Origin: an uncultured Spirochaetota bacterium
GTDB taxonomy: Bacteria; Spirochaetota; Brevinematia; Brevinematales; JAOACQ01
Length of the DNA stretch: 64,000 nucleotides
Assembly: GCA_963783575.1 (NCBI GenBank)
Contig: CAWAOD010000014.1
Coordinates: 224,001-288,000, forward strand
Direction of reading: 5' to 3'
The notes beneath the pieces were generated by a model, which saw only the letters and a list, made by a program, of their open reading frames with translations, ran no database searches and had not been told where the DNA came from. Position numbers and translations under genes: made by a program. Positions 20,194 to 30,685 of this stretch are shown here, piece by piece (the stretch's first letter is position 1; every line of letters starts with the position of its first letter).

Positions 20194-22821
20194 ATGAGAA
20201 TATTAACGGGTTATTTCTTAATAGCCCTGTCTGTAGTTCTCTTTCTTTCATTGATAAGTTTTAACCCGGCGGATTCTTCGTTGTTTGTATCCAATATCAG
20301 CGGAACTCCCGATAATATTGCCGGAAATATCGGTGTATGGCTTAGTTCGCCTGTAATTCTGCTTTATGGTAAATACGGAGGTTATTTATTGGATTTCGGA
20401 ATGCTCGTAATTGGTGTCAATATTATTATTAAAGCAAAAATAGGCAGGATATTGATAAAAACGACCCTTTTTTTTATCTCAACAATTTGCCTTTCGGTGA
20501 TTCTTTCGGGGATATTAAAAAATCCCACATTTAATGAAACTGGTCTTTTTGGAATATCAGTCTATAAATCATTGACTGAAATAATTAATCCATATGTTGT
20601 TTTAGTATTGTTTTCATTGATATTGATTTTATCATTGTCATCCACAATGAAGCTATTTCAGAAATTGACAATGCTTATGGCAAAAGCTTTCGGAGCGATT
20701 GTTTTAGCACCATTTGAGCTATTTGGCTTAATTGTTAATAAAAATGAATCTGTTTCTTTGGGCACTGCAGGTGTACAAAATTTACCTGAAGAATTCGAGG
20801 AGATTGAAAATATAAAACCTGCATTTTCTGAAACCGGTAATTTACATGATGATCAGTTTGAACAAGAGCGGAGACAATCTATCCAGGATAATCCGGTTCC
20901 TGATTTTTTGCAAACTGTATCTTCAAGGCAGACTGAAGATAGATCTGAAGATAAAATTAAAGAAGGTATAGGAAGGAATTTAAGTAATAAAGCTGTTGAA
21001 GGAGTTCCAGAATGGCTCAAGGATGAAAGAAGCAAACAGAATATTTTGGATCAGATAAAAAAACATTTTGATAAAGAAATTGAATTTAATAATAGTGTTC
21101 CAAATACTGATCAAATCCCGCATAATACAAATGAGGAGAAAAAAATAGAACCGGAATTGATTAATCCTATTGATAACCTTGATAAAACGAATTTTATATT
21201 ATCAGATAAAGAGAACATTACGGCAGCTGATCCCGATGAAGCGGCAGTGGAAGAAATAGTTGGGGAAGCAGATTATGCAGAAGAAGCGCTTCATAGAATT
21301 AAAACGGAGGATGAAGAAGAAATCTCGGGAGAACTTTTTCACGATGGGGCAGATTACAAATTTCCAGAAATGAATATCCTTGAACAAAGTTTTGATGAGT
21401 TTTCAAAAGCCGAAGAAAACCAGGAAACTGAAAAAGTATCTCAAATAATTGAAAATACATTTGCCAGTTTTAAAATAGATATTAAAGTGAGTGGACATTC
21501 AAGAGGCCCTGCGATAACAAGATATGAGATAATCCCTCCTTCAGGTTTAAAACTGAAGAATATTGTTAATTTAACAGATGATCTTGCTTTAAACCTTGGT
21601 ACCAGGAATATAAGGATTGTAGCTCCTATTGGAAATAAAAGCATAATCGGTGTTGAAGTTCCGAATAAGTTCAGAAGGAGCGTAGTCCTTAGGGATATTA
21701 TTGATAGCGAGGAATTTAAGAAAAATAAAGCCAGGCTGCCTTTAATACTTGGTAAGGATATTGCTGGTAATATTGTAATCGAAGATCTGACAGAAATGCC
21801 GCATTTACTTATAGCTGGAACCACAGGAAGCGGAAAGAGCGTTTATGTGAATTCACTCATAGGCGGTCTGGTTTACACAAAGTCTTCCAGCGAAGTCAGG
21901 TTTATCTTCATTGATCCAAAGATGGTTGAACTTGAACTTTATAACGGTATTCCGCATCTTCTTGCGCCTGTTATTACAAATCCTGAGGAGGCTATCGCTG
22001 TTCTCGAATGGGCATCGGCGGAAATGGACAGAAGATACAAAGAATTCAGCGAATACAGCGTCAGGAATATTGTTGACTATAATAAGGAGATCAAAAAAAT
22101 AAATCTTGCAAGGTCTAAGAATGAGGAAGCTTTATTTGATAATTTTCCATATATTGTTATAGTAATTGATGAATTTGCCAATTTAATGCTGCGACTTCCC
22201 AAGGAAACAGAAAAAATTATTTCCAGAATAGCTGCGATGGCCAGAGCTGTCGGGATACATCTTGTCGTTGCTACTCAAAGGCCAAGCGTGGATGTGGTTA
22301 CCGGTATCATCAAAGCGAATTTTCCTTCCAGAATTGCATTTAGGGTAAGTTCTCAAACCGATTCGCGTACCATTCTGGACAAAAACGGAGCTGAAAAATT
22401 ACTTGGAAGAGGCGATATGCTTTTTATGACGCCGAATTTTACCGATATGTTGAGAATTCAGTCTCCTTATGTTTCCAATATTGATGTTGAAAATATTGTT
22501 AAGGAGTTGAAAAGGAACGGCGCAGCTGAATATGAAATTGATGTTGAAACTTTGATGGTACCGCAGGCTGCCAGTAGTGAATCTGAATTCTCTGTTGATT
22601 ATAAACAGGATCCGGTTTTCGCTGATTCAATTAAAGCGGCTGTTGAAAACGGTGAAATATCAGCTTCGTATCTTCAAAGGCGCTTTCGAATAGGTTATAA
22701 CAGGGCTTCAAGAATAATTGAGGCAATGGATAGAATGAAGATTTTAGGACCTTCAACCGGAAACAGTAAGCCCAGAGAGGTTATTATCCGGCAGGAAGAT
22801 TTGGTTAATTATTTGAATTAG
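20194..22821 (+). CDS. ftsK: DNA translocase FtsK
   Basis: N-terminal TM domain, acidic linker, PHLLIAGTTGSGKS, IDEFA, ATQRPS and gamma domain (LQRRFRIGYNRASR). Confidence 0.95.
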   Translation: MRILTGYFLIALSVVLFLSLISFNPADSSLFVSNISGTPDNIAGNIGVWLSSPVILLYGKYGGYLLDFGMLVIGVNIIIKAKIGRILIKTTLFFISTICLSVILSGILKNPTFNETGLFGISVYKSLTEIINPYVVLVLFSLILILSLSSTMKLFQKLTMLMAKAFGAIVLAPFELFGLIVNKNESVSLGTAGVQNLPEEFEEIENIKPAFSETGNLHDDQFEQERRQSIQDNPVPDFLQTVSSRQTEDRSEDKIKEGIGRNLSNKAVEGVPEWLKDERSKQNILDQIKKHFDKEIEFNNSVPNTDQIPHNTNEEKKIEPELINPIDNLDKTNFILSDKENITAADPDEAAVEEIVGEADYAEEALHRIKTEDEEEISGELFHDGADYKFPEMNILEQSFDEFSKAEENQETEKVSQIIENTFASFKIDIKVSGHSRGPAITRYEIIPPSGLKLKNIVNLTDDLALNLGTRNIRIVAPIGNKSIIGVEVPNKFRRSVVLRDIIDSEEFKKNKARLPLILGKDIAGNIVIEDLTEMPHLLIAGTTGSGKSVYVNSLIGGLVYTKSSSEVRFIFIDPKMVELELYNGIPHLLAPVITNPEEAIAVLEWASAEMDRRYKEFSEYSVRNIVDYNKEIKKINLARSKNEEALFDNFPYIVIVIDEFANLMLRLPKETEKIISRIAAMARAVGIHLVVATQRPSVDVVTGIIKANFPSRIAFRVSSQTDSRTILDKNGAEKLLGRGDMLFMTPNFTDMLRIQSPYVSNIDVENIVKELKRNGAAEYEIDVETLMVPQAASSESEFSVDYKQDPVFADSIKAAVENGEISASYLQRRFRIGYNRASRIIEAMDRMKILGPSTGNSKPREVIIRQEDLVNYLN

Positions 22822-22830
22822 GAGGAATTC

Positions 22831-23502
22831 ATGAGATACAAAGTTATTTTTGGAATGATCTTTATTTTGATTATTGTTTGTCAGGCCGGTTTTGGCAAAA
22901 CTGCGGCACCGGTAAAGAAAAATGTCTCTACCGATGAAAAGGCGCTGCTGAAGGATTTTATAAATACTTATTATATCAGCACTAATGATAGTAAGGATTG
23001 GATTGTAAAAATCGAGAGCAATGTCATCGGCAAAGAAGAATTTGACAATGGTTTTCAGTATCTGTTGAGCCAGGTACCTGAAAATCAGAAAGCCACAGTG
23101 GATGAAAAAACAATGAAAAAGCAGTATCTAAACGGAGTTCTGATGCAGAATATTGTATTAATGCAGGCTATGGAGGATGATCTTTTCAGTTCAGATGACG
23201 CCAACATTGTGCTAAAATCTGCTCTGAGACAGACAATTTATCAAATTTATTTGAATAAGGCCCTTCCGAAAGACAAACAAAGATTTACACCTACCGATGA
23301 TGAAATCAATAAATATTATGAACAAAATAAAGAGCGGCTTCTTCAGATGGGTTTAAATGCCGATCAAATAAAACAATATGCATCACAGGAATTGTCACAG
23401 CAGAAAATACAGGTCTGGGTTCAGGAATATCTTGAAAAACTTAAAGAAAATTACCGTATAAAGCGCAATCAGGATGCAATGAAGAAAGAAGGTCTGGATT
23501 AA
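22831..23502 (+). CDS. Exported SurA/PrsA N-terminal-like chaperone domain protein (no PPIase domain evident)
   Basis: Signal peptide; IVKIESNVIGKEEF, PTDDEINKYYEQNKE and YLEKLKENYRI patterns. Confidence 0.6.
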   Translation: MRYKVIFGMIFILIIVCQAGFGKTAAPVKKNVSTDEKALLKDFINTYYISTNDSKDWIVKIESNVIGKEEFDNGFQYLLSQVPENQKATVDEKTMKKQYLNGVLMQNIVLMQAMEDDLFSSDDANIVLKSALRQTIYQIYLNKALPKDKQRFTPTDDEINKYYEQNKERLLQMGLNADQIKQYASQELSQQKIQVWVQEYLEKLKENYRIKRNQDAMKKEGLD

Positions 23503-23517
23503 CAACAAGCGTACCCT

Positions 23518-23725
23518 GCGACATCGTGTCGCTTGCAGAACTAGCGTTCTGCACAGAAGTGTTCTCAAAGTAATGCTCTCATTACGCGTCAGTGCGCGTT
23601 GGTGAGCAGAGCCTGCACTGAGCTGGGTTTATGGTGAGCCTGCCGATAAGTGTCTAACCGTAGGGCAGGCTTCTTGACCCTTACAAGTTTGGCAGGTAGC
23701 AGATTGCCCTGCGCATGAAGAGGAA
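23518..23725. repeat. Cluster of short GC-rich palindromes / REP-like elements
   Basis: Hairpins GCGACA-tcg-TGTCGC (23518-32), TGCAGAAC-tagc-GTTCTGCA (23534-53), GTAATG-ctct-CATTAC (23570-85) and ACGCG..CGCGT. GGTGAGC and GAGCCTGC each occur twice, plus GTAGGGCAGGCTTCTTGACCCTTAC. Confidence 0.65.
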
Positions 23726-23768
23726 CTAAAGGGTTACGATTGTCATGCTTTGATTGAGGGGAATGTAA

Positions 23769-26260
23769 GTGAAAGTTCATGCTGACGAAGTTTTTTCAGC
23801 TGAAGTAATTGAATTTTTAGCAAATGAAATTGAGAAAAACGAAGGCCAGGAAGTATCTTTTGTAGGTTATATAGATAGAAGCGGTTTAGTTTGCGAAACG
23901 GAAACCCTTGTTTACGGCAATGATAATTCGGCTCCTGTTGATCTTATGGAGACACTCCAGGGTGATGTATTGATACATAATCATCCCGGGTCAAACGGCA
24001 ATGATTCCCTTAGGGCTTCGGAAGCTGATATTGGGCTTGCTACGGAGCTTGTTAATAAGAAAATAGGGTTCTATATCATTGATAATCAATGTTCATTTGC
24101 CAATGTTATATTCAAACCGGAAGCCAGGATTTATTTAAAAAATGAAGAAATTAAAAGTATTTTTGAAGATGGCGGAATATTATCACAAGTAATTTCATCA
24201 TTCGAATCAAGAGAAGAACAGATAAACCTGGTTGAAGGTATTTTATCCGCAATAAATGATTCGAAAATTATAATTTCTGAGGCAGGAACCGGCACTGGAA
24301 AATCCTTGGCTTATTTGATCCCTTCGGCAATCTGGGCTATACAAAACAAAAAAAGGGTTGTCGTATCTACCCAGACGATAAATTTACAGCAGCAGATTGC
24401 CGGGAAAGATATGCTTATCGTTCAAAAGGTTCTCAATTCTTACATCAATCAGGATATTCATTATTCGGTTCTAATAGGAAAAGGAAATTATCTCTGCAGA
24501 AAAAAACTGTTTGAAATCATAAAAGATAGGGAAAAACAGAATTCACTTTTTAGCGAAGAAGATGATTTTAAGATTATTTTTGAAATTGAAGAATGGAGCA
24601 GGAATTGCGAAGAAGGGACTCATAGTGAATTCGGATCGTATGTTAAGGATGAAATCTGGGAAGAAGTTTGCTGTGATTCGTATAGCTGCACAAGAAGAAA
24701 ATGTATATATTACGGTGATTGCTTTTATTATAAAGCCAGACTTCAGGCTGAAAAATCAAATGTTATCATAGCCAACCATTCACTGACATTTAGTTCTATT
24801 GATGAAAAAAGCCATAAAAGCACCCTTCCTTTTTTTTCCGGAATTGTTTTTGACGAAGCCCATCATATTGAAGATGTGGCGTTAAAATCGCTTTCAAAAG
24901 AATTTTCCATTCAAAGTCTTTTATACAATATCAGAAAGCTTTATTCGGTTAAAGGCGACAAGTCATTCGGCTTTTTAATTTTATTGGAAAGAAAGGGAAA
25001 TTTCAAGGGCTATACTGATATACAGTATGATTTTGAAGAACTTCTGAAAATATTGAAAGGACTGATTAGGGATCTTACCGATTTTATTTTTGAAGGTGCT
25101 GAGGTATTAAAAAAATATATGAAGGAATCCAATTGTGTCGGTATTGATAATGATTTTACAAAAACCGGTGAATACAAATCAATTCATAACAGATTAACCT
25201 TTCTTTTTACCGAAATAAATCGCTTTACAGCCGGATTTGAATATTTTGCCTCAAGGGTTAAGGAAACATCGGTTCATAAAGAAGTAGTAGATATTATTAC
25301 AACTATTGGATACCGCCTACTTGGCTTGTCGGAAGCCAGGGATGTTTTTGAATTAATTTTTAATACGGAAAATACAATAAATTTTGTTAAATGGATTGAA
25401 GCAACAAAAAAAAATCTTAAATTTTATTATAGCCCTCTAGAAATTGAAGATTTTCTATCTAATTCATTATTTTCCAGGAAAGAATTTACCATCTTTACTT
25501 CAGCCACCCTGATGATTAATAATAGATTTGATTACTTCAACAACAGTATAGGTTTATCACTGGCATCCGGTAAGGATAAATTGGAAATTAGCCTTCCTTC
25601 ACCTTTTGACTACCAGAAACAGGCAGAAATATACATTCTTGAAGAATTTTTGGATCATGGCAGCGTTACAAAAGAAAAAACCGAACTGGTAAAAGAATTA
25701 TCATTGATTAATGAAGGAGGAGTCCTGATATTATTTACTTCATATTACAGGCTGAATGAAATGTATGGATTGCTGAGGGACGACTTAATAATCGAGGGTC
25801 TTATACCGTTAAAACAGGGTGAGTCATCCAGGGACAGCTCCTGGCAAAAATGGCTCTGAACAGTAATGTGGTATTGTTTGCTACATCAAGCTTTTGGGAA
25901 GGAATAGACATTCAGGGGGACAATCTACGATGTGTAATTATTGAAAAGCTCCCCTTCGATTCGCCGGCCGATCCTATTTATAAAGCTAAAGTGGAATTAT
26001 TGGAATCAAAGGGAATAAATACTTTTCTTTCATACAGCATACCCAGGGCAGTGCTTCGTTTAAAGCAGGGCATGGGCAGGCTTATCAGGAGCAAAAACGA
26101 TAAGGGTGTAATTGCAATTATGGATAACCGGATAAAAACAAAGCGTTATGGGCCGATCTTTCTAAATTCATTGCCGCCTGCAAAAATTATAACAGGCAGT
26201 GTAAGACAAATTATCAGAGAATCTGAGACCTTTTTTGTGAACCGTTTCGGCAAGCTTTAA
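23769..26260 (+). CDS. DinG/YoaA-family helicase with N-terminal JAB/MPN-like domain, split by an apparent 1-nt deletion near 25834
   Basis: REEQ Q-motif, EAGTGTGKS, Fe-S Cys cluster and DEAH in ORF1; SFWEGID and KQGMGRLIR in 25850..26260. Adding one base restores SRxQLLAKMAL. N-terminal HNHP...ASEAD motif. Confidence 0.88.
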
Positions 26261-26281
26261 ATTTAATTTATTATAAAATAT

Positions 26282-26311
26282 TTGACAATACAAATGAAAA
26301 CTTTTTATAAT
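26282..26311 (+). promoter_or_regulatory. Putative sigma70 promoter
   Basis: TTGACA-18 nt-TATAAT upstream of the Bor-like lipoprotein gene. Confidence 0.6.
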
Positions 26312-26338
26312 TATATTCAATCATTAAAGAGGAAAAAT

Positions 26339-26677
26339 ATGAAAAAAGTTTCAATATTAATATTTGCATTATTCATTTTTGCTGCATTTACTGGTTGTAT
26401 GGATATTATAGTTAAGGCTCCGAAGGGAAAAAATATAAAAATTACTAGCGTTGAACCGAAAAAATACGATGCTCAAAAAATGGTGTTTTATATTCTCTGG
26501 GGATTGGTACCGGTAACTGATAATTCAACTGAAGACCTTTTTACAAGCATCCCCGACGGCAGTACAGTTGCTATTAAAACATCAATGTCTGCCCTGGATT
26601 GGCTTATTACGTTAGTTCTCAGTGAAATTTCGATTACTTCCCACACAGTTGATATATCGGTTATAGATGAAAAATAG
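26339..26677 (+). CDS. Bor/Iss-like lipoprotein
   Basis: Lipoprotein signal MKKVSILIFALFIFAAFTGC; FYILWGLVP motif and a C-terminal amphipathic helix. Confidence 0.7.
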   Translation: MKKVSILIFALFIFAAFTGCMDIIVKAPKGKNIKITSVEPKKYDAQKMVFYILWGLVPVTDNSTEDLFTSIPDGSTVAIKTSMSALDWLITLVLSEISITSHTVDISVIDEK

Positions 26678-26726
26678 AATTGTAGTTTATATTTTTCCGA
26701 TTTCTTAAAAATGACGGCGAGGCTTT

Positions 26727-27575
26727 ATGATTACTAATAAAAAAATTGTATTTATTATTGCTCTGTTTTTTCTGGCTAGCTGCTCAACATTAGTACATAT
26801 AGATACAAAGCCGGAAGGAGCAAAAACGAGAATAAACGGTAGAACCATAGATCAAACTCCTAGTCGTACTTCTTTAAGCGATTTTATATTTAATCAATAT
26901 GATATTGTTATAGAAAAGGATGGCTATTTTCCACTAAGAATAAATTTAGAGAAAGAGTTAAAATTTGGGCCGATTATATGGGGCTTTTTTCTTGGGTATT
27001 GGCCATGGCTCTGGGCTTACGGTCCAAAACCTTATTATTATTTTGAACTAGATGAAATTCAACCCGGAGTAACGCAGGTAAAAAGCGTTCCTGTAATAAT
27101 AGATAAAAATATGAATATTTCAAACTCCGCCAATACAAATCAAACTATAGGAATCTGGAAATCAGCCTCAAAATTAAAAGTGGTTGTATTTGACTTTGAT
27201 TCCTCATATTCGGAATCCGATGGTAAAACGATCGCTGAACTTTTCTCCGTTGAGCTGGTAGACCGCAGGGTTTTTATGGTACTTGACCGTTCTCAAATGA
27301 AAAAAATCATTGATGAACAGAAACTCCAGTTATCGGGGGTTACTGAAGAGGAAAAAAGCATTAAAGTAGGCCAGTTATTAGGTGCCAATAAAATTATAAC
27401 TGGTAGCATATTGAAAATCGGCGGTAATTACTTCATTACGGTTAAGGGTATTGATGTTAATTCAGGAAGCGTTGAAATCAGCGACAGGATAAATAATGAG
27501 ACCGTAAACGGACTGATAAACTCAATTCCGGCTTTAACAGACAGCTTCATCATTAAGGCTCTGGGCAGTAATTAA
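26727..27575 (+). CDS. Lipoprotein with PEGA domain and C-terminal CsgG/FlgO/TolB-N-like domain
   Basis: Lipobox LASC; IDTKPEGA..INGR..TP PEGA pattern; LDRSQMKKIIDEQKLQLSG...VGQLLGA. Confidence 0.8.
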   Translation: MITNKKIVFIIALFFLASCSTLVHIDTKPEGAKTRINGRTIDQTPSRTSLSDFIFNQYDIVIEKDGYFPLRINLEKELKFGPIIWGFFLGYWPWLWAYGPKPYYYFELDEIQPGVTQVKSVPVIIDKNMNISNSANTNQTIGIWKSASKLKVVVFDFDSSYSESDGKTIAELFSVELVDRRVFMVLDRSQMKKIIDEQKLQLSGVTEEEKSIKVGQLLGANKIITGSILKIGGNYFITVKGIDVNSGSVEISDRINNETVNGLINSIPALTDSFIIKALGSN

Positions 27576-29140
27576 TCGTTTCCCGCGATCAGCCAGCTCC
27601 TGTTCGATTGTATTATTTGTAAACCATTTTTTTCAAGGAAATTCCTTTCCATAGCGCTGTTTTTTAAAATCAGAATTTTATTATTACTCCCATTTAAAAA
27701 ATTTGTATAATTATTAATAACAGCAGGGATTAATCCCTTTTCAACTTCAGCAATGAAGATCTTTGACGGGGCCCATTCAAGAGCGTCAATCCCTCGAATT
27801 AAGCTTAATTTTTTACCGGGGAGATTTTTCAGAATATCCTCAAGATCAATTTCTTCTTTTAAAGCGGACAATGTTGATTTCTTATTCAACAAAAGGCCGG
27901 CTATTGGGGAGAAATTAACGATAATAATCGCAGTCTCAGCAATAATAATAAAACAAATTATAATTTTAATAAAATTTGTCTTTATCAGGTAAAACATATT
28001 CTTTTTGATAAAATCGGTTTTCAGCAAATCGGTTAGATGCCATCCGATAAAAATCGCTATCGGCGGATAGATGGGATCAAGGTACCATTCACATTTTGTC
28101 TTAATTACAAATACGGTTAATAATGGTATCACCATCCAGATAATAAACAGGTAATTTTTGTAAAATGGGTTGATCTGAAATTTAACAAGCGTGACATCTT
28201 TATATCCTCGGGGCAGGCTTCTTGACCCTGATACATCAGATGTTTCACTGCTGAATTTATTTTTATAGAACAAAAATAAAATCAATAATATCGACCAGGG
28301 CAAAAATTTCAATAACAATGGCTCAAGATAAGAAAAATTTGATGATGAATGACCCTCCAGGGCGTTTGTTCCGCGATTAATCAAATCATACGAAAACATT
28401 TTATTGAAAAATACCGCCCCATCCTGAAAATACCTGGCTATTGCCCAGGCGGCAACAGGTAAGATGAAAATTATCAAAGATATTATATATTGGTGAAGTT
28501 TGATTTTTTTAAATTCTTTATAAAACAAAAAATCCGCCAGAATAATGCCGATGATTATAATAAACGCGAAACTTTTAAGTAAAAAAGCCATAGATGCTAT
28601 AAGCAAGACAGGATAGATATATGAATTATTTATCTTCATTTTTTCAAGGAACAACACGGTAAGTAATATTAACAGGGTTAATTGTGCATCCATATCTCCG
28701 GTTCTGGCGGAATGCACTTCTAAAAAAACAAAAGATGTGGATAAGATCAAACCAGACAATACTGCAGTTTGTTTATCAAATTTCCTACCTGCAAGATAAA
28801 CGGTAAGCAGAATGCAGATCAAGGCTGATAGGGCGGATGGAAAACGCAGGGCGAATGAATTGAACCCGAATAATTTGTATGATAACCCGATCAGCCAGAT
28901 ACCAAGCGGCGGCTTTAAATTCCAGTAATCTGTGTTATTCTGATATGTTGTAAGAATCCAATTATTGCTTTTAACCATTTCATAAGCTGTAATTCCATGA
29001 CGGGCTTCATCCCAATCAAGCACAGGCTGGCTTCCAAGATTTATAAATAGGTTGAAAGAAGCAAGAAAAGCTATAATTAAAACATATATTTTGAAATGTT
29101 TTTCAATGTTCTGTAATATTTGATTCTGGTTTGAAATCAT
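27572..29140 (-). CDS. ArnT/GT39 (PMT-like) integral membrane glycosyltransferase
   Basis: DWDEARH, KPPLGIW and LRFPSA motifs; many TM helices. Confidence 0.88.
   Translation of the reverse strand: MISNQNQILQNIEKHFKIYVLIIAFLASFNLFINLGSQPVLDWDEARHGITAYEMVKSNNWILTTYQNNTDYWNLKPPLGIWLIGLSYKLFGFNSFALRFPSALSALICILLTVYLAGRKFDKQTAVLSGLILSTSFVFLEVHSARTGDMDAQLTLLILLTVLFLEKMKINNSYIYPVLLIASMAFLLKSFAFIIIIGIILADFLFYKEFKKIKLHQYIISLIIFILPVAAWAIARYFQDGAVFFNKMFSYDLINRGTNALEGHSSSNFSYLEPLLLKFLPWSILLILFLFYKNKFSSETSDVSGSRSLPRGYKDVTLVKFQINPFYKNYLFIIWMVIPLLTVFVIKTKCEWYLDPIYPPIAIFIGWHLTDLLKTDFIKKNMFYLIKTNFIKIIICFIIIAETAIIIVNFSPIAGLLLNKKSTLSALKEEIDLEDILKNLPGKKLSLIRGIDALEWAPSKIFIAEVEKGLIPAVINNYTNFLNGSNNKILILKNSAMERNFLEKNGLQIIQSNRSWLIAGND
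28211..28229. repeat. 19-bp repeat identical to 23663-23681, inside the glycosyltransferase CDS
   Basis: GGGCAGGCTTCTTGACCCT is present at both sites. Confidence 0.8.
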
Positions 29141-29161
29141 ATTATTTTACCACCGGCGATT

Positions 29162-30103
29162 TTAAAAATTTATTTTTTTATCAATGATATACTCAGGCCT
29201 TTCTTTTACCTCATCAAAAATGCTGCCGATGTATTCTCCCAGAACTCCAATTGTCATCAGTTGAACACCCCCGAAAAAGACAACGCTAATTATTGTTGAT
29301 GCCCATCCAGGAACTGTTTTAATTAAATCTGTAAGCTTGGCAAAAAAGACATAAATCGTTAATCCGAGCCCAACAACAATGCTAATAAAACCAAGCGTCA
29401 TTGCCAATTTCAACGGTTTCTTTGTAAAATATAAAAGACTGCTTGTAGCAAATTTCAGCATTTTTGATAAGGGATATTTTGTTTCCCCGGCGGCTCTTTT
29501 ATCTCTCACATACTGGATTGGCAGTTGTTTGTAGCCGATCCAGCTTATAAGGCCGCGGATATATTTATTTTTTTCCTTCAAACTTTTAAAACTTTCTATT
29601 ACTTTTTTATCGATCAACCGGAAATCACCAGCATCTAGAGGGAGGTTTACTTCGGACAATGAATTTAACGTTCTGTAAAAAACTTTTGCCGTCAATATCT
29701 TGAAAAATCCTTCCCCCTTTCTTTCTTTTCTCACTCCGTAAACGACATTAGCTTGTTCTTCAATGTGCAGTTTTATCATATCCGGGAAAAGTTCGGGCGG
29801 GTCCTGAAGGTCCGCGTCGATTATGATGGCGATATCACCACCGCATGAGTTGATTCCCGCCGAAACTGCGGGCTGATGGCCGAAATTTCTTGAAAAGCTA
29901 ATAATTTTAACATTAATATCATTTCCCGCTATTTCCATTAAATATTCCAGAGTTTTATCCTTACTGCCGTCATTTATGAAGATGATTTCATAACATTTGT
30001 AAGAATTCTCATTAAGAACATTTTTAACCCTGGAGTATGTTTGTTTAATAACAGCCTCTTCATTATAGCAGGGTATTATTATCGATATAATCATATCATC
30101 CAT
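29162..30103 (-). CDS. GT2 polyprenol-phosphate glycosyltransferase (GtrB/YkcC-like)
   Basis: IPCYNEE, NDGSKD, SRNFGHQ, DADLQDPPE and GDFRLID motifs; two C-terminal TM helices. Confidence 0.92.
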   Translation of the reverse strand: MDDMIISIIIPCYNEEAVIKQTYSRVKNVLNENSYKCYEIIFINDGSKDKTLEYLMEIAGNDINVKIISFSRNFGHQPAVSAGINSCGGDIAIIIDADLQDPPELFPDMIKLHIEEQANVVYGVRKERKGEGFFKILTAKVFYRTLNSLSEVNLPLDAGDFRLIDKKVIESFKSLKEKNKYIRGLISWIGYKQLPIQYVRDKRAAGETKYPLSKMLKFATSSLLYFTKKPLKLAMTLGFISIVVGLGLTIYVFFAKLTDLIKTVPGWASTIISVVFFGGVQLMTIGVLGEYIGSIFDEVKERPEYIIDKKINF

Positions 30104-30105
30104 TA

Positions 30106-30543
30106 TTAAGCTCCTTTTCTGAAGGTTATGAATTTATTACCGAGAAAACTGATTGAAGTATAAAAAATCATTCCAAGAATCTGTGCGATGTTTACGTTAA
30201 TTTTCAGATTTTCTTTCAATAATATCAATACTGCAAGCTGAAGTATGTAACAAACCCCAAAAACCGCAATGAACAATATGCTTTCAATTTGAACCGGACC
30301 ATTGCTGTTAAATGTCCAAATTTTATTCCAGAAGAAGCTGTTGATAAAACCAAGAAGATATCCGGTAAAATTTGCAGCCTTATAATTGATATGCAGCAGG
30401 TTCTGCAAAATAAAAATTATTAACAATGTTATGCCTGTATTTAAAAGGCCAACCAATCCGAATTTTACTGCCTGCACCAGAAAATCCCGGCCGACGATTT
30501 TTTTTATAACAGATTTGATATTAAATTTCAGCATAAGATTCAT
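30106..30543 (-). CDS. GtrA-family flippase-like protein
   Basis: KFGLVGLLNT, NSFFWNKIWTF and NKFITF motifs. Likely start is 30543 after AAGGA. Confidence 0.88.
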   Translation of the reverse strand: MNLMLKFNIKSVIKKIVGRDFLVQAVKFGLVGLLNTGITLLIIFILQNLLHINYKAANFTGYLLGFINSFFWNKIWTFNSNGPVQIESILFIAVFGVCYILQLAVLILLKENLKINVNIAQILGMIFYTSISFLGNKFITFRKGA

Positions 30544-30685
30544 TATTTTCCTTAATAAACTTAACGCTTGCCGGTAAGTGGCGAATATTCTTTTGTCTTT
30601 AACATGACTCCAATAAACCATTAATTTTAAAGAAAATAGGAAATTAAATCAATATTATAGTTTTAACGGGATAATACTTTAAAAT

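Noticed and set aside
23589..23780. 63-aa minus-strand ORF over the palindrome cluster
   Set aside because: It overlaps the dinG start, has no clear RBS or family features and is explained by GC-rich repeats.
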